A DNA stretch of 64,000 bases from Bugula neritina (taxonomy: Eukaryota; Animalia; Bryozoa), in the NCBI GenBank assembly GCA_964035545.1, contig OZ037765.1:19158995-19222994 (forward strand). The letters are read 5' to 3'. Position 1 is the first letter of the stretch. Each line of letters begins with the position of its first letter. The notes under the pieces are model-generated. The model had not been told where the DNA came from. It made no database searches and saw nothing but the letters and a program-made list of their open reading frames with translations. Positions 13,101 through 25,047 of this stretch are shown here, piece by piece. Both the position numbers and the translations under genes were made by a program.

Positions 13101-13840
13101 AGCTGTGATACACATCCTTGAATAAACGCTGGTTTGACAATGTACTTTCGTTTTATTTTTTACTTGTAGTATGATTAATGTATTATAATCAAATAATTTG
13201 CTTAGTTCACCTGCTTACTAACACCATATAATGCGGCATTTAAAATAAAATTTATGAAATTTTTGCTCCAAATATAACATTTAATAAAATATATGACTAC
13301 TCTTTTATGCTGAAACTATATAAAATATTGGATACTTACTGAAATTCATTATAAATATATTCACATAATTACTCACTGCACAAAAACTAAAATTCTTATA
13401 TTTTCATCTGTTCCGCTCTAGTTATTTAATGTAAATTCAGTGTGACATTATTTCTGCTATAACTGGAGCTATTCTATGCTTTTCTGTATTTTGCATGGCA
13501 CAGGCTTGTTTGCAGATTTTGTGCTATACAACCTCAACGATAGCTTTGATATTACTATATAAATTCAACACTTGAATATTTCTTCATATAATTTAGTCTT
13601 TAGTGAACAAAACATAATATATTGAAATACAACTCAATCAATAAAACCTGATTGCCTAGATATTGGTTGTGTTGAAATGAAGTAGAACATTTTGAAATAT
13701 ATATATGATAAAATAAGATAAGAATTATAATCTGAAAATTATAATACAATAAGTTGAATCTTCATGCCAGGCATTGAAAGTTGCTGTCATTTCAAACTAC
13801 GTATAGTTAGCATTTATTTTCTGACATTTATAAGAAATGT
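13101..13840 (+). repeat. Inverted copy of the cofilin 3'-UTR/downstream segment (reverse complement of ~38270-39012)
   Basis: Collinear reverse-complement matches, e.g. 13774 TTGAAAGTTGCTGTCATTT vs 38318 AAATGGCAGCAACTTTCAA, and 13480-13515 vs 38605-38650. Confidence 0.85.
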
Positions 13841-14649
13841 CATTTAAACTACAGGGTTACAATATAAAAAAGTACCAAAACAGTATATATCAATAAAAGC
13901 ATGTAAAATGAGACATGGAACCAACAAATTTATTCACTATAGCATCATTATATAGTAACAGCTAATGTGAGCTTTTGTTGCCTAGTTATATATAAATTTT
14001 AAAAATACTGCTGTTTTACAGATAAAAATGCTGCTAAAAATGTGTGCTATTGCAGGATTTTCAAGCTATATATATATAGCACAAAAGCATACTGTTATAA
14101 AACTCCAGTTATATATAGCTGTAATAATGTGCATTGTCGTTTACAGATTAGCAAAGTGCAACAAATGCTTGCAATATGTTCTTGGAAGGTCTCAGCAGAT
14201 TGGCTGGTATATTGAATTTGCATTATAGATGATTAAACTAAAGTATATATAATATAAAAGTTTTATTTCTTGAGCAAAGAGCAAACATGTAAATATTATA
14301 TAAACATATCAACAAATTATAATAAATTGCAGTAGGAATCCAATACATGGTACCATCATGCGCCAGTGCACAAGTATTTCATTGAATAACTCTTAATGAA
14401 TAATTGCATAAATTTTCTTTTAAATGTCACATATGGGGCTAGTAAACAATGAAACAAAGGTAGCTGATTGAAAAAACATTTACAATCATTAAAAAAATGC
14501 ATATAAAACTGATCAATAAGTTTAATATTATAAATACTATAGATACAAAAAACATCTAATTTTAATACCGCATCCATTCATGTTATCCAATGATGTGTAT
14601 CACAGCTTCAAGGTGTGAGAAAAATTGTCGATTAACTGTTGTTGAGAAA

Positions 14650-16244
14650 TTATGTTCTCAAAGATTTGATGACCCTGCAAACACAATAAACTCTAAGCCT
14701 AGCACCACACTGTGCGTATTTTCGAATGCGAAAATTGAAATCACAAGTAGCAAAGGTGTCCACTGTAGCGTCAGTGATGCGTGATAAATAAAGCTTTCAT
14801 TTTTAAATCGCACTCGCTTTCAATAAAACACAATTTACTGGAATGTAGCACTAAAATAAAGAAATTGGGCTCGCTGAATAACTACCAGCCAATTAGGTGA
14901 CGACGACAGAGACGATTCGCACTTGCGTTGAGAATGCTGAGCGACAAGTGCGAATGTTTTCTCAACGCGCACAGTGGACACCTTTGCTACTTGTGATTTC
15001 AATTTTCGCATGCGAAATTACGCACCGTGTGGCACTAGGCTAAATGAAATAATTGAAGTGCACATGTACTCTGAGTCTATTTATAGTAAAGCAATTAAAA
15101 TAGAGGGCAATGCTGTAGCCTTGCAACTATCCATATTATGGCAATGTCATTGAATGACAATTCATAGACAGAACTAGATTTTATAAACTCACTTTTCATA
15201 TATTTGTGATAGGCTGAGGTCATCTTCATCTGAGGCTTAAATTGCTATATCAGCACCAAGAGCATCTTTCAAACCAGCTTTACTTGCAGCATAAATCATC
15301 CTGTCTTTAACACAGGCCTTGTCACCTACCCTGGAATCAGATGAACAATATTTAACAATGTGAGTGTTATAGGAAGTCAACTTTGTTAAGATAAAATGTC
15401 AGTTACTTGGATGTACAGTTTGACAAAAATTAAAACCCTCACCAGGAAATGAACAACATTTTTCTTCTTTGAGATCTGTTTAATAAAAACTTGAAATCGA
15501 AAGCAGCATAACGAGGATGGCCACCATTATTGGCGTCTCGCAATTCTTTCACCATTTCTTCATAACGAAGCAACTTAGTTGGTTCTTCAGGGTTGTAGCA
15601 CGAATCCCCTAAACATACACAAAACTTATATTACACACTTAGTTTAACCGATGCCGAGCAAATAATGGCTGAAACTTTAAAAATTTGCCCAATTCTTAAC
15701 TAAATCTTAACCCAAAACAATAGGAAAGTAAGTACAATATGACTGGAATTCAGCAGCTTTTATATAACAATATCAAATTATAAACAATAAAAATGCATAA
15801 CTTTAAAAGTACCTACCATCCGGAAACCCTCTTGACAGAACTTTTACAGCTTTATTATCTTCAATGTGATACACAAAGTATGAATGTAGGTTTTTCATTT
15901 TCATCTCTTGAAACAGATGTATAGCTTTGTCATCCAAGGTAACACCTGAACTGCAAGTGGAAGGCTGTAAAATACAATACTGTATATATATAGAAATAAG
16001 CTATTAAAATACAGTGAATTAATTTCAAGCACTAAGCAAACATAATATTTTATCTAATGTCGCTATAAAACTTGTTTCATAAAACAACTTTCTTGCTAGT
16101 GCTACTGCTAGTGCTATACTAGTACTAGCATTAGTACAATTGTACATGAGCAACAAATAGAATTGCATAGTGGTAAATTAATTATATCATACTCATGTAG
16201 AAATTTTACCAACAATATTATGTTAAGTGAATAGTACTCACCAT
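14650..16244 (-). pseudogene. ADF/cofilin copy A with a premature stop; exons 16244-16242, 15964-15817, 15608-15443, 15330-15193, 14674-14650
   Basis: Same 5-exon structure as the paralogs, but codon 137 is TAA (15239-15237) where the others have CAA. A Gypsy element sits in its promoter and a MITE in its last intron. Confidence 0.88.
14697..15040. mobile_element. PIF/Harbinger (Tourist-like) MITE in the last intron of cofilin A
   Basis: ~75-bp TIRs GCCTAG...CTAGGC; 3-bp TAA TSD. The paralogous empty site reads CTCTAAATGAAA (e.g. 45182). Confidence 0.88.
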
Positions 16245-16385
16245 TTTAAGTATAATCTGACTCAAAATTTCAGGTGATATAAAGGCAGACACCAATGTCA
16301 TTCAAAATACTAGCAATTAATGTGAATAATTCAATGTGAATAACTCTGCGTGCAAACGAATGAATAACTGGGCAAGTGAGAAAGC

Positions 16386-16411
16386 TTTTATACCCATGTT
16401 AGGGATTTCCC
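16386..16411 (-). promoter_or_regulatory. Cofilin A core promoter: TATA box plus kappaB-type site GGGATTTCCC (16402-16411)
   Basis: Fits GGGRNWYYCC; ~10 bp upstream of TATAAAA; identical in all six copies. Confidence 0.65.
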
Positions 16412-17174
16412 TTCATTACGCATTGGGAGTATGATGTCATTATGTAAACAATGCTTCAACGCACACGACCTGCAGTTCGGAATACCGTATTTAGTAGCAG
16501 TGAGAATACGTAGTATTGTAGTAATTCGTGCAATTACTGTGCGTGAGTTTCTACTTGCGTATTTAGTTGGCTATTCCACTAGTAGTTACTAGGGTAGCTG
16601 TCGAGTAATTATGTTTATTATCCACAATACAATACAAAGCAAACATTACATCAAATTATACTATACATCAGTCAACTACTAACACATGTTTCTACTTCAA
16701 GCCCCCCCCCCCCCGAATTGTCACATGAGTCGGAAGCATATCTTCCGGTGCTGCTGATTGGTTACTACATAGGGGCCTTAGTATTCTCAGAACGGAAAGA
16801 GGACGATTCTCATATTCGTACATTGCATGACTCACTACACCGCCCCCCCAGCAGAAAGCCCTACTTTCTGATAACACAACACAAAAAACACACATAAAGA
16901 AAAACAATACAATAATCCAAAAAAAAGAATACATAAGTAAACCCACAAAAAGGAAGAAGAGAAATATTTGAGTACACAAACATGTATAGAAGTAAACAGG
17001 GTGGTCGAACACACACAGCTAGTCAGCTATAGAGAGAGAGGGTGCTTACCAGCACACGGGCCAATGTCGGTGCACTCGTCACTTCCCAGACAAGGATACA
17101 GTTCACCGAGAAGGTGCAAATCCCAGGCATACTCATTAGGTGGACTCTGACTCTTGTAGTGAGCGTGATCTGTG

Positions 17175-18190
17175 TCAAGCCTGTCGGGCACGTAGCCTCC
17201 GCTTCAGTCGCCCCACTGAGTCCTTCAGCTGGTATAGGCCTGTCGTCATATCCAGCAGGTCAGGGGCAAGTTGCGTAAACTCGGCTTGTAGTTTTACAAG
17301 CCGCTCTTCTACACTAGCCAATCGGCTAGGTCCTGGTGGGGTTGTAGCAGTCTCTGATATTAGGGGTATTGTCGTTCCTTCTGATTTGGGGGTGTTGCTA
17401 GGGTTGACGGAGGTAGTGGACGGGGCCTGCACCATAGGAGACTTATGGCGGGCGGATAACAGTAGTACTTGGAATCCTGACGCTAGTGCGGCCAGGGTGA
17501 TAGCCTTCTTGATGACCGGCTTGATGGTGTCTAGGTACTAGGGGAAACTGTCCTCATCAACGATATGGCCCTCTCCGGCGAAGCAGCTCAATTTATGGAC
17601 GATCACAGGGTACGGGTATACATCGTGGAACCCGCATGGGCAGAAACGTAGTAGAAAGTGTGCGTCTACATGCAGACGCAAGGAGCGGTGTGACGGGCAC
17701 TCCTGGAAACAGACCTGGCAGGTCCGGTGGGGTCCACTTGGTTTCCAGGCCTCCTCAATCCTCCTTTCCATCGTGGGTGACACCCAGCGGTGTCGTCGAC
17801 GAAGCACCACGGGTAAGCCATTCTCGATCACAGGTTCTTCCTCCATAGGTAGAGGGGTTGGCTGGTCCCGTGACCGGGAGGTGGTCACTCGAGTGTGATC
17901 TGAAAGAGTAGCAGTGTTAAAGATTATACACTGAGGTACCGCCGGTGTGTACAGCCTGACAGGTACTCTGTTCAGTTACACTCAAGAGATTCAGGCTATT
18001 GAATAATTGATCGAGAACACACTCGCTATGGCAGATTATTTGAAATCAAAGTCCACGTGTATTCCCACCACTGTGTTTCATTATCGAATCTCCAGCTCGC
18101 TAACTGGTGTAGCTAGAGCTGACTGATGTAGTCTAGTTCCCGTACCAAAAACATAATTAACTCACCCTTCAATCCAGAATAGTAAGACAT
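17175..18190 (-). CDS. Two-exon accessory ORF of the Gypsy element (C2H2-like zinc finger(s) plus C-terminal coiled coil), with one internal TAG
   Basis: CAAA-ATG exon 18190-18166 (MSYYSGLK), donor G|GTGAGT, 266-nt intron, acceptor CTACTCTTTCAG| at 17900/17899 in matching phase 1. The frame stays open to 17175 except TAG at 17540-17538. Motifs: CQVC-x12-HVDAH, CPCG...H...C, and heptads LASVEERLVKLQAEF...LYQLKDSVGRLKRRL. Confidence 0.7.
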
Positions 18191-18524
18191 TTTGGAATGA
18201 GAGCGGTAAATGATTAATGTTTAGTGGCATGTCTACTCTTGACTGCATCAACGTAGGAAAAGACTGGGCAGCATGGTTGTGAAGCGTGACTAGGGCTTTT
18301 TACTTCCAGCGGATGAATCTCGTTTGTGATTCCGCCGAGGCAAAAGTTGAGATTTCCGTGGTGTTTATAACTCCCACGTCTCTTTGCCTGTTTTCCCATA
18401 CGAGACCTCGCTAGACCTTCGTAACTGTCGCTTGTACCGCGGTCACATACGAAGTCTCCGAGACACGCTGGAGGTTGCCTAGTGTGTGGTCCTGGAGGCG
18501 TCGTCACTGTGGGAGGCGGTGTGC

Positions 18525-19193
18525 TCACCCGTGGATTGTTACGGATGGTTTTTCCAGCCTGTTTGTGACGGTTGTTCCTACGTTGGTATCTCCGTCCGGA
18601 GCCCCTCCCACGGGGGGTTTTTGCACTTCCGGACCCGTTTCTGGTTCCGGAAGTGGTGGTGGTGGCAGGCTTAATGTTGGGGGCGGTGGGCGCACTTTCA
18701 AGGACAGAAGTGGTCTTTCCTGCCTCGCCAAGTCTTCCTGAGGAGTCATGGGGGTGTTTCCGGCCAGGACGACAGTCTCCGCTTGCCAAGACCTTCTCGC
18801 ACAATGCGTCTGCCGCCCCGCTTCACCAGGGAGACGGCTATGCTTGTTGGTCTGGCAGACTTCGCACCGTCTCACTCTGCACCGGATGTCCCGCTCCATG
18901 TTGGGCCAGTACCACCGGAGTTGTAGCTTGGTGACATCCCCCTGGACTGCTCCGTGAGTCTGCTCGTGGGTGTCCCGTATCAACTCCCGGTGGATGGCAG
19001 CTGGGCAGACGATCCTCTTCCTGGCTGGTTGTCTGCTGTTGGCGGCCAAAGTCATGGTCAGCAGACCATCTGGCCCGACCCGCAGGGAGTTCCAACGTTG
19101 ACAGTACAGCCGTAACTCGGCGCATCCCTGTCGCCGTTGTCTACCACTGGGTCGTCGCCCTTCCTGTTTCGCTCGGTACACGTCGGCTACCAC
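18525..19193 (-). pseudogene. Gypsy integrase N-terminal H2C2 zinc-binding domain remnant
   Basis: RIVCP...RELIRDTHEQTHG...KLQLRWYWPNMERDI...VRRCEVC; no DDE core follows. Confidence 0.8.
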
Positions 19194-19625
19194 CCCAGGA
19201 AGGCTTTCCTGGAGCTTCGGCAGCTCCCTAACGTTACCAGCCCATACAGGTTTGGCGCGGAGGCTCTGGACGACCTCCGGGGGCGTGTCAACCCTCTGTT
19301 GGAGTTGGCAAGGGTTCCGTGGGGGAACTCTGCTCCTCTCCTTTCAGCCCAGCCTCCTCGTGGGCTGCCGAGTAGGGGCGGGCTCCGCCGCCCGTGGTAC
19401 CTCACGACGGCCCGCTCTATTTAGGCGGGCGTCGTGGTCTGTGTGGCGGGGCGCCTCACTGTACCGGTGTGGCAACATAGCCATAGCCTGGCGCTTTCTG
19501 TTGCCTGTGTAGCCACGCGTCCCTGAAAGATGGGGGGCGTGGGTTGGGACGGTCCTCCGCCCTTGAGACGGGCTCTGCTGAGGACCTTCCGTCGTAGCTC
19601 CCAACGACGGCCCAATGGCTTCCTC

Positions 19626-20660
19626 CTAGACAGGATGGAAGCGGCCCAGCATGGACCTGGGTGGTAGGTCTACCGTCTCTGAGGAGGGGTTGACGCACTG
19701 CACTGATATCTCTCCTTGTCCCGTAAGCCGGCTAAAGCTATGGGCAAGTTGGATTCTTGAGTGCGTACTTTCGACAACTCCCAACCTAGAGGTTTGGCCA
19801 CCGTCTACTTTGCAGCGGACAGTAGCCCGGGAGTGGCCTGGTATCGTACAGCTTCGTACTACCTGCACTCCTCCCGCTAGAGGACGACCAAACTTATCGA
19901 CACAAGCGAGCTCCCTGTCGCCCATGATCATCGCAGATTTGCTGAAATCGATGCGACATCCGTGTCGTTGTAAGAATGGCATCCCGAGGATAGCATCCTC
20001 GTTGAGCTGTCCGACGATAAACATCTCTTGGATGGCCTGGTTACGGACGTAACCTGTCAGCTCAATAATGCCGTAGAAGGGAATGCACGACCTGTCTGCC
20101 AGGGTGCCATTATCCCCCTCATACGGTGCCAACCCGTCCTTGACCTTAGCGCTGAGGGTGTCAAAGAATTGACGGCTAAGGAGGTTGGTGGTGCAGCCCG
20201 AGTCCAGAAGGAAGTTGGCAGGCTTGCCAGCTAGCTTTTCTGGCAAAAAGTAGCTACTTCCGTATGGCTGCAGCTGTATGTGCCATGGTTGCACCTCCCT
20301 CGCTGTGGGTCGAGGGGTCCACGGTTGGCGACGACTATTGACCAGCTGCCGAGGTTGGGGCGGCACGCCTTGCGGCGCCTGTACCGTTTCCCTCGCAGGC
20401 TCTGAGATCAACCGTCTGTCGGATCCGTGTTGGAGTGGCATAGAGGACCCAGGTGGCGAGTGGCTTGAGCAGCCTACTTGCCGTGGGGATCGCCACTTCA
20501 CAGCATCTCCGCGCGGCGCCCAGCGGGGCGGCAGACGCGCGGTCCTCCCTGGGTGATTTACCGGCGGCCCGCAGGAGGTGGGAACATCTGCGGGCCGTGG
20601 TAGTTTAACCCTTGTTGGAGTTGAAGGCAGTTCTTCTGGAAATGTCCTGGCCTTCCGCAT
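19626..20660 (-). pseudogene. Gypsy pol 5' part: aspartic protease and spacer
   Basis: FLLDSGCTTNLLS and DAILGMPFL retropepsin motifs; overlaps the end of gag in another frame near GGGTTAAAC (~20612-20604). Confidence 0.85.
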
Positions 20661-21527
20661 CTCCAGCAGAAGTTATGCCCCGTGCCTGGTGATTGTACCT
20701 GCGGCCTGCTAGGCTCACGGGCGGTATCTACCTGGCTTGAGGGAGCTAATGTGGCGACCAGTTTAGCTAGCATGTCAGTCATCTGTGCAACTTTCGATGC
20801 TAGTGACATCTGGTTCACATTAGCCACCGCGGAGGGTTCCGCATTTGGTTCAGTATGAGCAGTAGTGTGCTCCGTGGCCACCTGGCGGGAGGCCACGCGG
20901 TTGCGGTGCATATGAGTCGCCAAGAGGTAGGCTTCTCCCACCGCAAGTGCATCCTCGGCCGTGGTGACTCCCCTCGCTTGGAACTGATGGTGGAGCCCTA
21001 AGTCGTTGATGGACTGCACGAAGGCATCATAAGTATACCTCTCACGGTGCGCTTGAGGCAGATCGCGGAACGCGGAACGCGATCTGCGCCAGCGTATACA
21101 CCGTGGTAGCATGCTCCTGTAGCAGCGTGTGAGGATCACGCCGCGGCCTTTGTAGGCGGGCCCGCGCATCTATGGTGGAGATACCAAAACGGGCCCGCAG
21201 AGAAGCAAAGATCCCGTCTATGTCAGGTCCCGCTCCGTATGGTTTGGCCTTGTCCGTCAGCGCCATCCTGAGTTTGAGCAACGCCACCCTTGGTGGCCAC
21301 CGTGCAACTTCCATCACATCTTGGAATTCCTGGATAAATTGCTCTACGGCTTCCTCGCCTGTGAAGGTGGGTGCCTTCAGCCGGTATCTATCCTCACCGG
21401 GCTCTCTAGAAATTCTCACTTCTTCTAACACTACTGGTTCCACAGGTATATCAACATTATCTTCCTCACCTTCATTCAGTGGAATGGGTAGCTCCGTACC
21501 GTCTTCTGCCATGACTGTTATACGCAA
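20558..21527 (-). pseudogene. Gypsy gag with CCHC zinc knuckle, frameshifted
   Basis: LKAPTFTGEE..EQFIQEF...W and CWRCGRPGHFQKNC. The two ORFs are offset by a 7-nt tandem duplication (CGCGGAA x2, ~21064-21077). Confidence 0.85.
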
Positions 21528-24500
21528 GATCCCACCGCTGCCACCACTGTAGTAATTCGTGCAATTACTGTGCGTGAGTTTCTACTTGCGTACTTAGTTG
21601 GCTATTCTACTAGCAATTACTAGGGTAGCTGTCGAGTAATTATGTTTATTATCCACAATACAATACAAAGCAAACATTACATCAAATTATACTATACATC
21701 AGTCAACTACTAACACATGTTTCTACTTCAAGCCCTCGCTTACAACAACGTGATCATTGTCAATTCCCCGGGAATTGTCACATGAGTCGGAAGCATATCT
21801 TTCGGTGCTGCTGATTGGTTACTACATAGAGGCCTTAGTATTCCCAGAACGGAGAGAGGACGATTCTCATATTCGTACATTGCATGACTCACTACAGTAT
21901 GTTGAATAATCAACCATGAATAATTATTTGTGATCTATTTTTTGCTAATCGGCATTTGTAATCATCTCTCATAATAACTTATTGATTGTTAAATCCTAAG
22001 TTGAAGTTAACAGCATGCATGTTATATAATGATATTGTTAAAATTTTCAGAACTATATTAGTGTGAGTCTATTTTTGTATGCTGCCAATTACTGCATCGC
22101 TTAGATATTATTTCATTTATGAGCCATTACAATATTTGTATTTTCTGTCTATATATGGGAAACAGTTTTATTTTTTCTAAATTAATTCCCAGAAACTCAT
22201 TTTCATCAGTAGTAATATGAATAAAATAAAATCTACCATACATTTCACTCTCTTCTCACTCTTTATTAATAAAAAATTACCACTTTGTATGCTTTATATA
22301 TAGTATAAAATAGTAAAGTCCTCAGAAGGGAGTGAGTATTTAGTCTACTTATTCCCAATATATTTCATAACTATCTTAAAAAGTAATAAGAGCTTATAGT
22401 TTTAAAGTTGCAGCAATCTGTTGCATTGATTCATTAATAATAAATGAACAAATTGTGCTCATACAGTAATCTAGGCCATGACAGCAGTAAACTGTTCGTA
22501 TAAATTATTCTGTATAATGCAATGATGATGCAATACTTGCAGTGGGTACACAAATTACATTTGTTATCAAATTTTAATTCCCCAGTATGACAGAAGACTA
22601 AAATTTTACTATATACCACTATTAATTCAATTTAGCTTGATCAATATAAGCATAATTTGTATTCTTTATAACATACATACATATATACTATATACACTGC
22701 ATATGTCCACTGTATGCACTGTACAGTGAAATAAGCCACGAAAAAATTAGACTGATAAGAATAACTATGTTTTAGTATTCCTTGACAGTTTGATGATTCA
22801 TCCAATGTTATAACTGCAAGCTGTTAGTAAAGTATACCTTATATAGTGATATTATATTTTATAACATTGCTATGGCATAATATATTATTTTATAATGGAG
22901 TTCTCTTTCTGTATATTGAGGTTTTTTTTACTTGTAATTTATAATATGCAGCAAAATTGACAAACATTTTAACTTGAAAGTTTTTATATACAGCTGAATT
23001 TTATTTTTTTCCAATTAACAAGTCTCTGAAATGCATTATGATTTGGGTGTTCATTATTGCAAAGCATCGGTTAATTACCGAATAACAGAATTTTTTAATT
23101 ATATAGTTGTAAAACTAAAATTGATTTCACAACATTTTAAAATGTTGCATAAATTATAATCAGTGCGTAATGAGTAATAAGAGTCATTCATGTCGTTGAC
23201 CTCTTGTGTTATACTACTCTACATGCCATACTTGAGGACTGTTATTCTCAGTACATTCCTCATTATGCTATGCAGATATAGTTCTTGTCAGGTATTTAAT
23301 TCAAAGCATACTTTCTTTGCCAAATGCATGATTTATTATTTTGATTTACCCAAAAATTGGTAAATATTCAAAAAAAACAATGATGAAATAAATTTTTAAT
23401 TACTGAACAAAAAACTCATTAAATATGTTTTCAAAGAATTTAACAGTTATATACTTGTGTACATTTTAGTAACTATGCATGTCTTTTTCCCATTAATTTT
23501 GTTAGAATTGCATTATTTATATGTTTCTACCTACTACAAAAATAGTTACATAATTCATATATATAACTACTTTTACTATTTTCTGGGAGGAGTTACCTGC
23601 TTGAAATTCTTTTCTAGCAAGCAGACAATAAAGAGTTTACAGTTTAATCATACTTGCCTATTGTATATATAGACAAAGAGCTATAACTGTGTTTATACCT
23701 TTGCATCAGCTAATAACACATCGAATTTCATGCACGAATAATATATCATATTCATCACTTGAAATTACAACAATAGTTTAATATAATCAATATCTAGAAG
23801 TTACTTAAAAGTGAAAGTAACCAGAACTAGGTGATTTAAAATGGTTCAACTCCGAAAATATACAAAAGGATAAAATGCTGATAGAAATAAACTTGTAAGT
23901 ATCCAATCAAACACATATTTTGGCGTATAATCTTGCTTAATTTATTAGCTTCATATAAAAAGATATTTGACTAATAAATAGAATTGCAAAAATAATAGAA
24001 GCTGCATGCATATTCAATTACACACACATTATATAATGGCACAAATCAAGAAGAAATAATATTAAGCTCATTACAGCTATACTATAAATAAACTGGTGTG
24101 CTGATGGGAATTTGAAGCTTCATGCTTACTAAAAAAGAGTAGTATCGTTGCAAACAATATCGAGTTTTTTTGAGACTATAACTTACAGTCTAGTTGTAAA
24201 ACTCTATTCATTGCAATACAATATATCTCTAAGGAATTCTTAGAGTCTTTGCAATTAAGTATGTTGGTATAATGCTTGTTGAAAGTCTTGTAAAGTCATG
24301 CACAATTTGTAGTGCAATTCGGTTTCTATTCACGACACAACATTTTTTTTTAAATATTATATGCATAATAATTGAAGGGAGAGATAGTAACATATATTAG
24401 CAACTATATAATTAACTGGGTTGGCTCCTTGTGCTATTTTGCAAGTTGCAGTTTACGCATACTGCCATTCCTAGTACAGGAGAGCAAAAATTTATTGCAT

Positions 24501-25047
24501 TATATTAAATTCTGTTTCTTGAAGGGTATCTCTTTTAAATGCAAAATTATTCAAAACTATAAGATTTTTTACTCTCTCTCTCTCCAACAAAGTGTCTTTA
24601 ATGAACTAATAGCATGTCATAATACACCATATGCATTAGGTATATACTGCAGTTGCAAACATGACAGTTTTATTTCTCAGACATTGGAGTAATGTGTAAA
24701 TATATAAACTTATCAGCAAACTATAATTATAGTAGGTATCTGATACATAGCTTTGCGTGCATAAGTATAAAAGTAGTTTATTAAATAAATTTAAAGGAAT
24801 AACTATATTTCCTTTTTTTAAAAGTGGAACATGATGTGGGGGACAACTGAATTAACTAAATAACTGAGAAAAAGAAAAATACAATGAAAATAGTGTGAAT
24901 AAAATCAATTAATATGTAGATATCACAGTATAAATATTATAAAAAAAGGAAATTAGACAATATGATGTCTTGTCTCATCTATCTTATGCAATCTGTATCA
25001 CAGCTTAAAGATGTAAGGAAAATTGTTGACAAGATTGTACTGGGGAG

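Larger units (their letters stand above)
16517..21896 (-). mobile_element. Gypsy/Ty3 LTR retrotransposon, non-autonomous (RT, RNase H and integrase core absent)
   Basis: LTRs 21548-21896 (5') and 16517-16839 (3') with TGTAGT...ACTACA ends; 4-bp TSD GTAT. PBS 21546-21529 TGGTGGCAGCGGTGGGAT is complementary to the 3' end of tRNA-Leu; PPT GGGGGGGCGG at 16849-16840. Order is gag, protease, then integrase zinc-binding domain. Confidence 0.95.

Noticed and set aside
15189-15194. Intron-4 retention gives AAG TGA (protein ending YEK) in all copies
   Set aside because: An automatic result of a GTGAGT donor in phase 2; no evidence of a regulated isoform.
16968-21552. Plus-strand ORFs within the Gypsy element
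   Set aside because: Antisense shadows of GC-rich minus-strand coding sequence, with no motifs.
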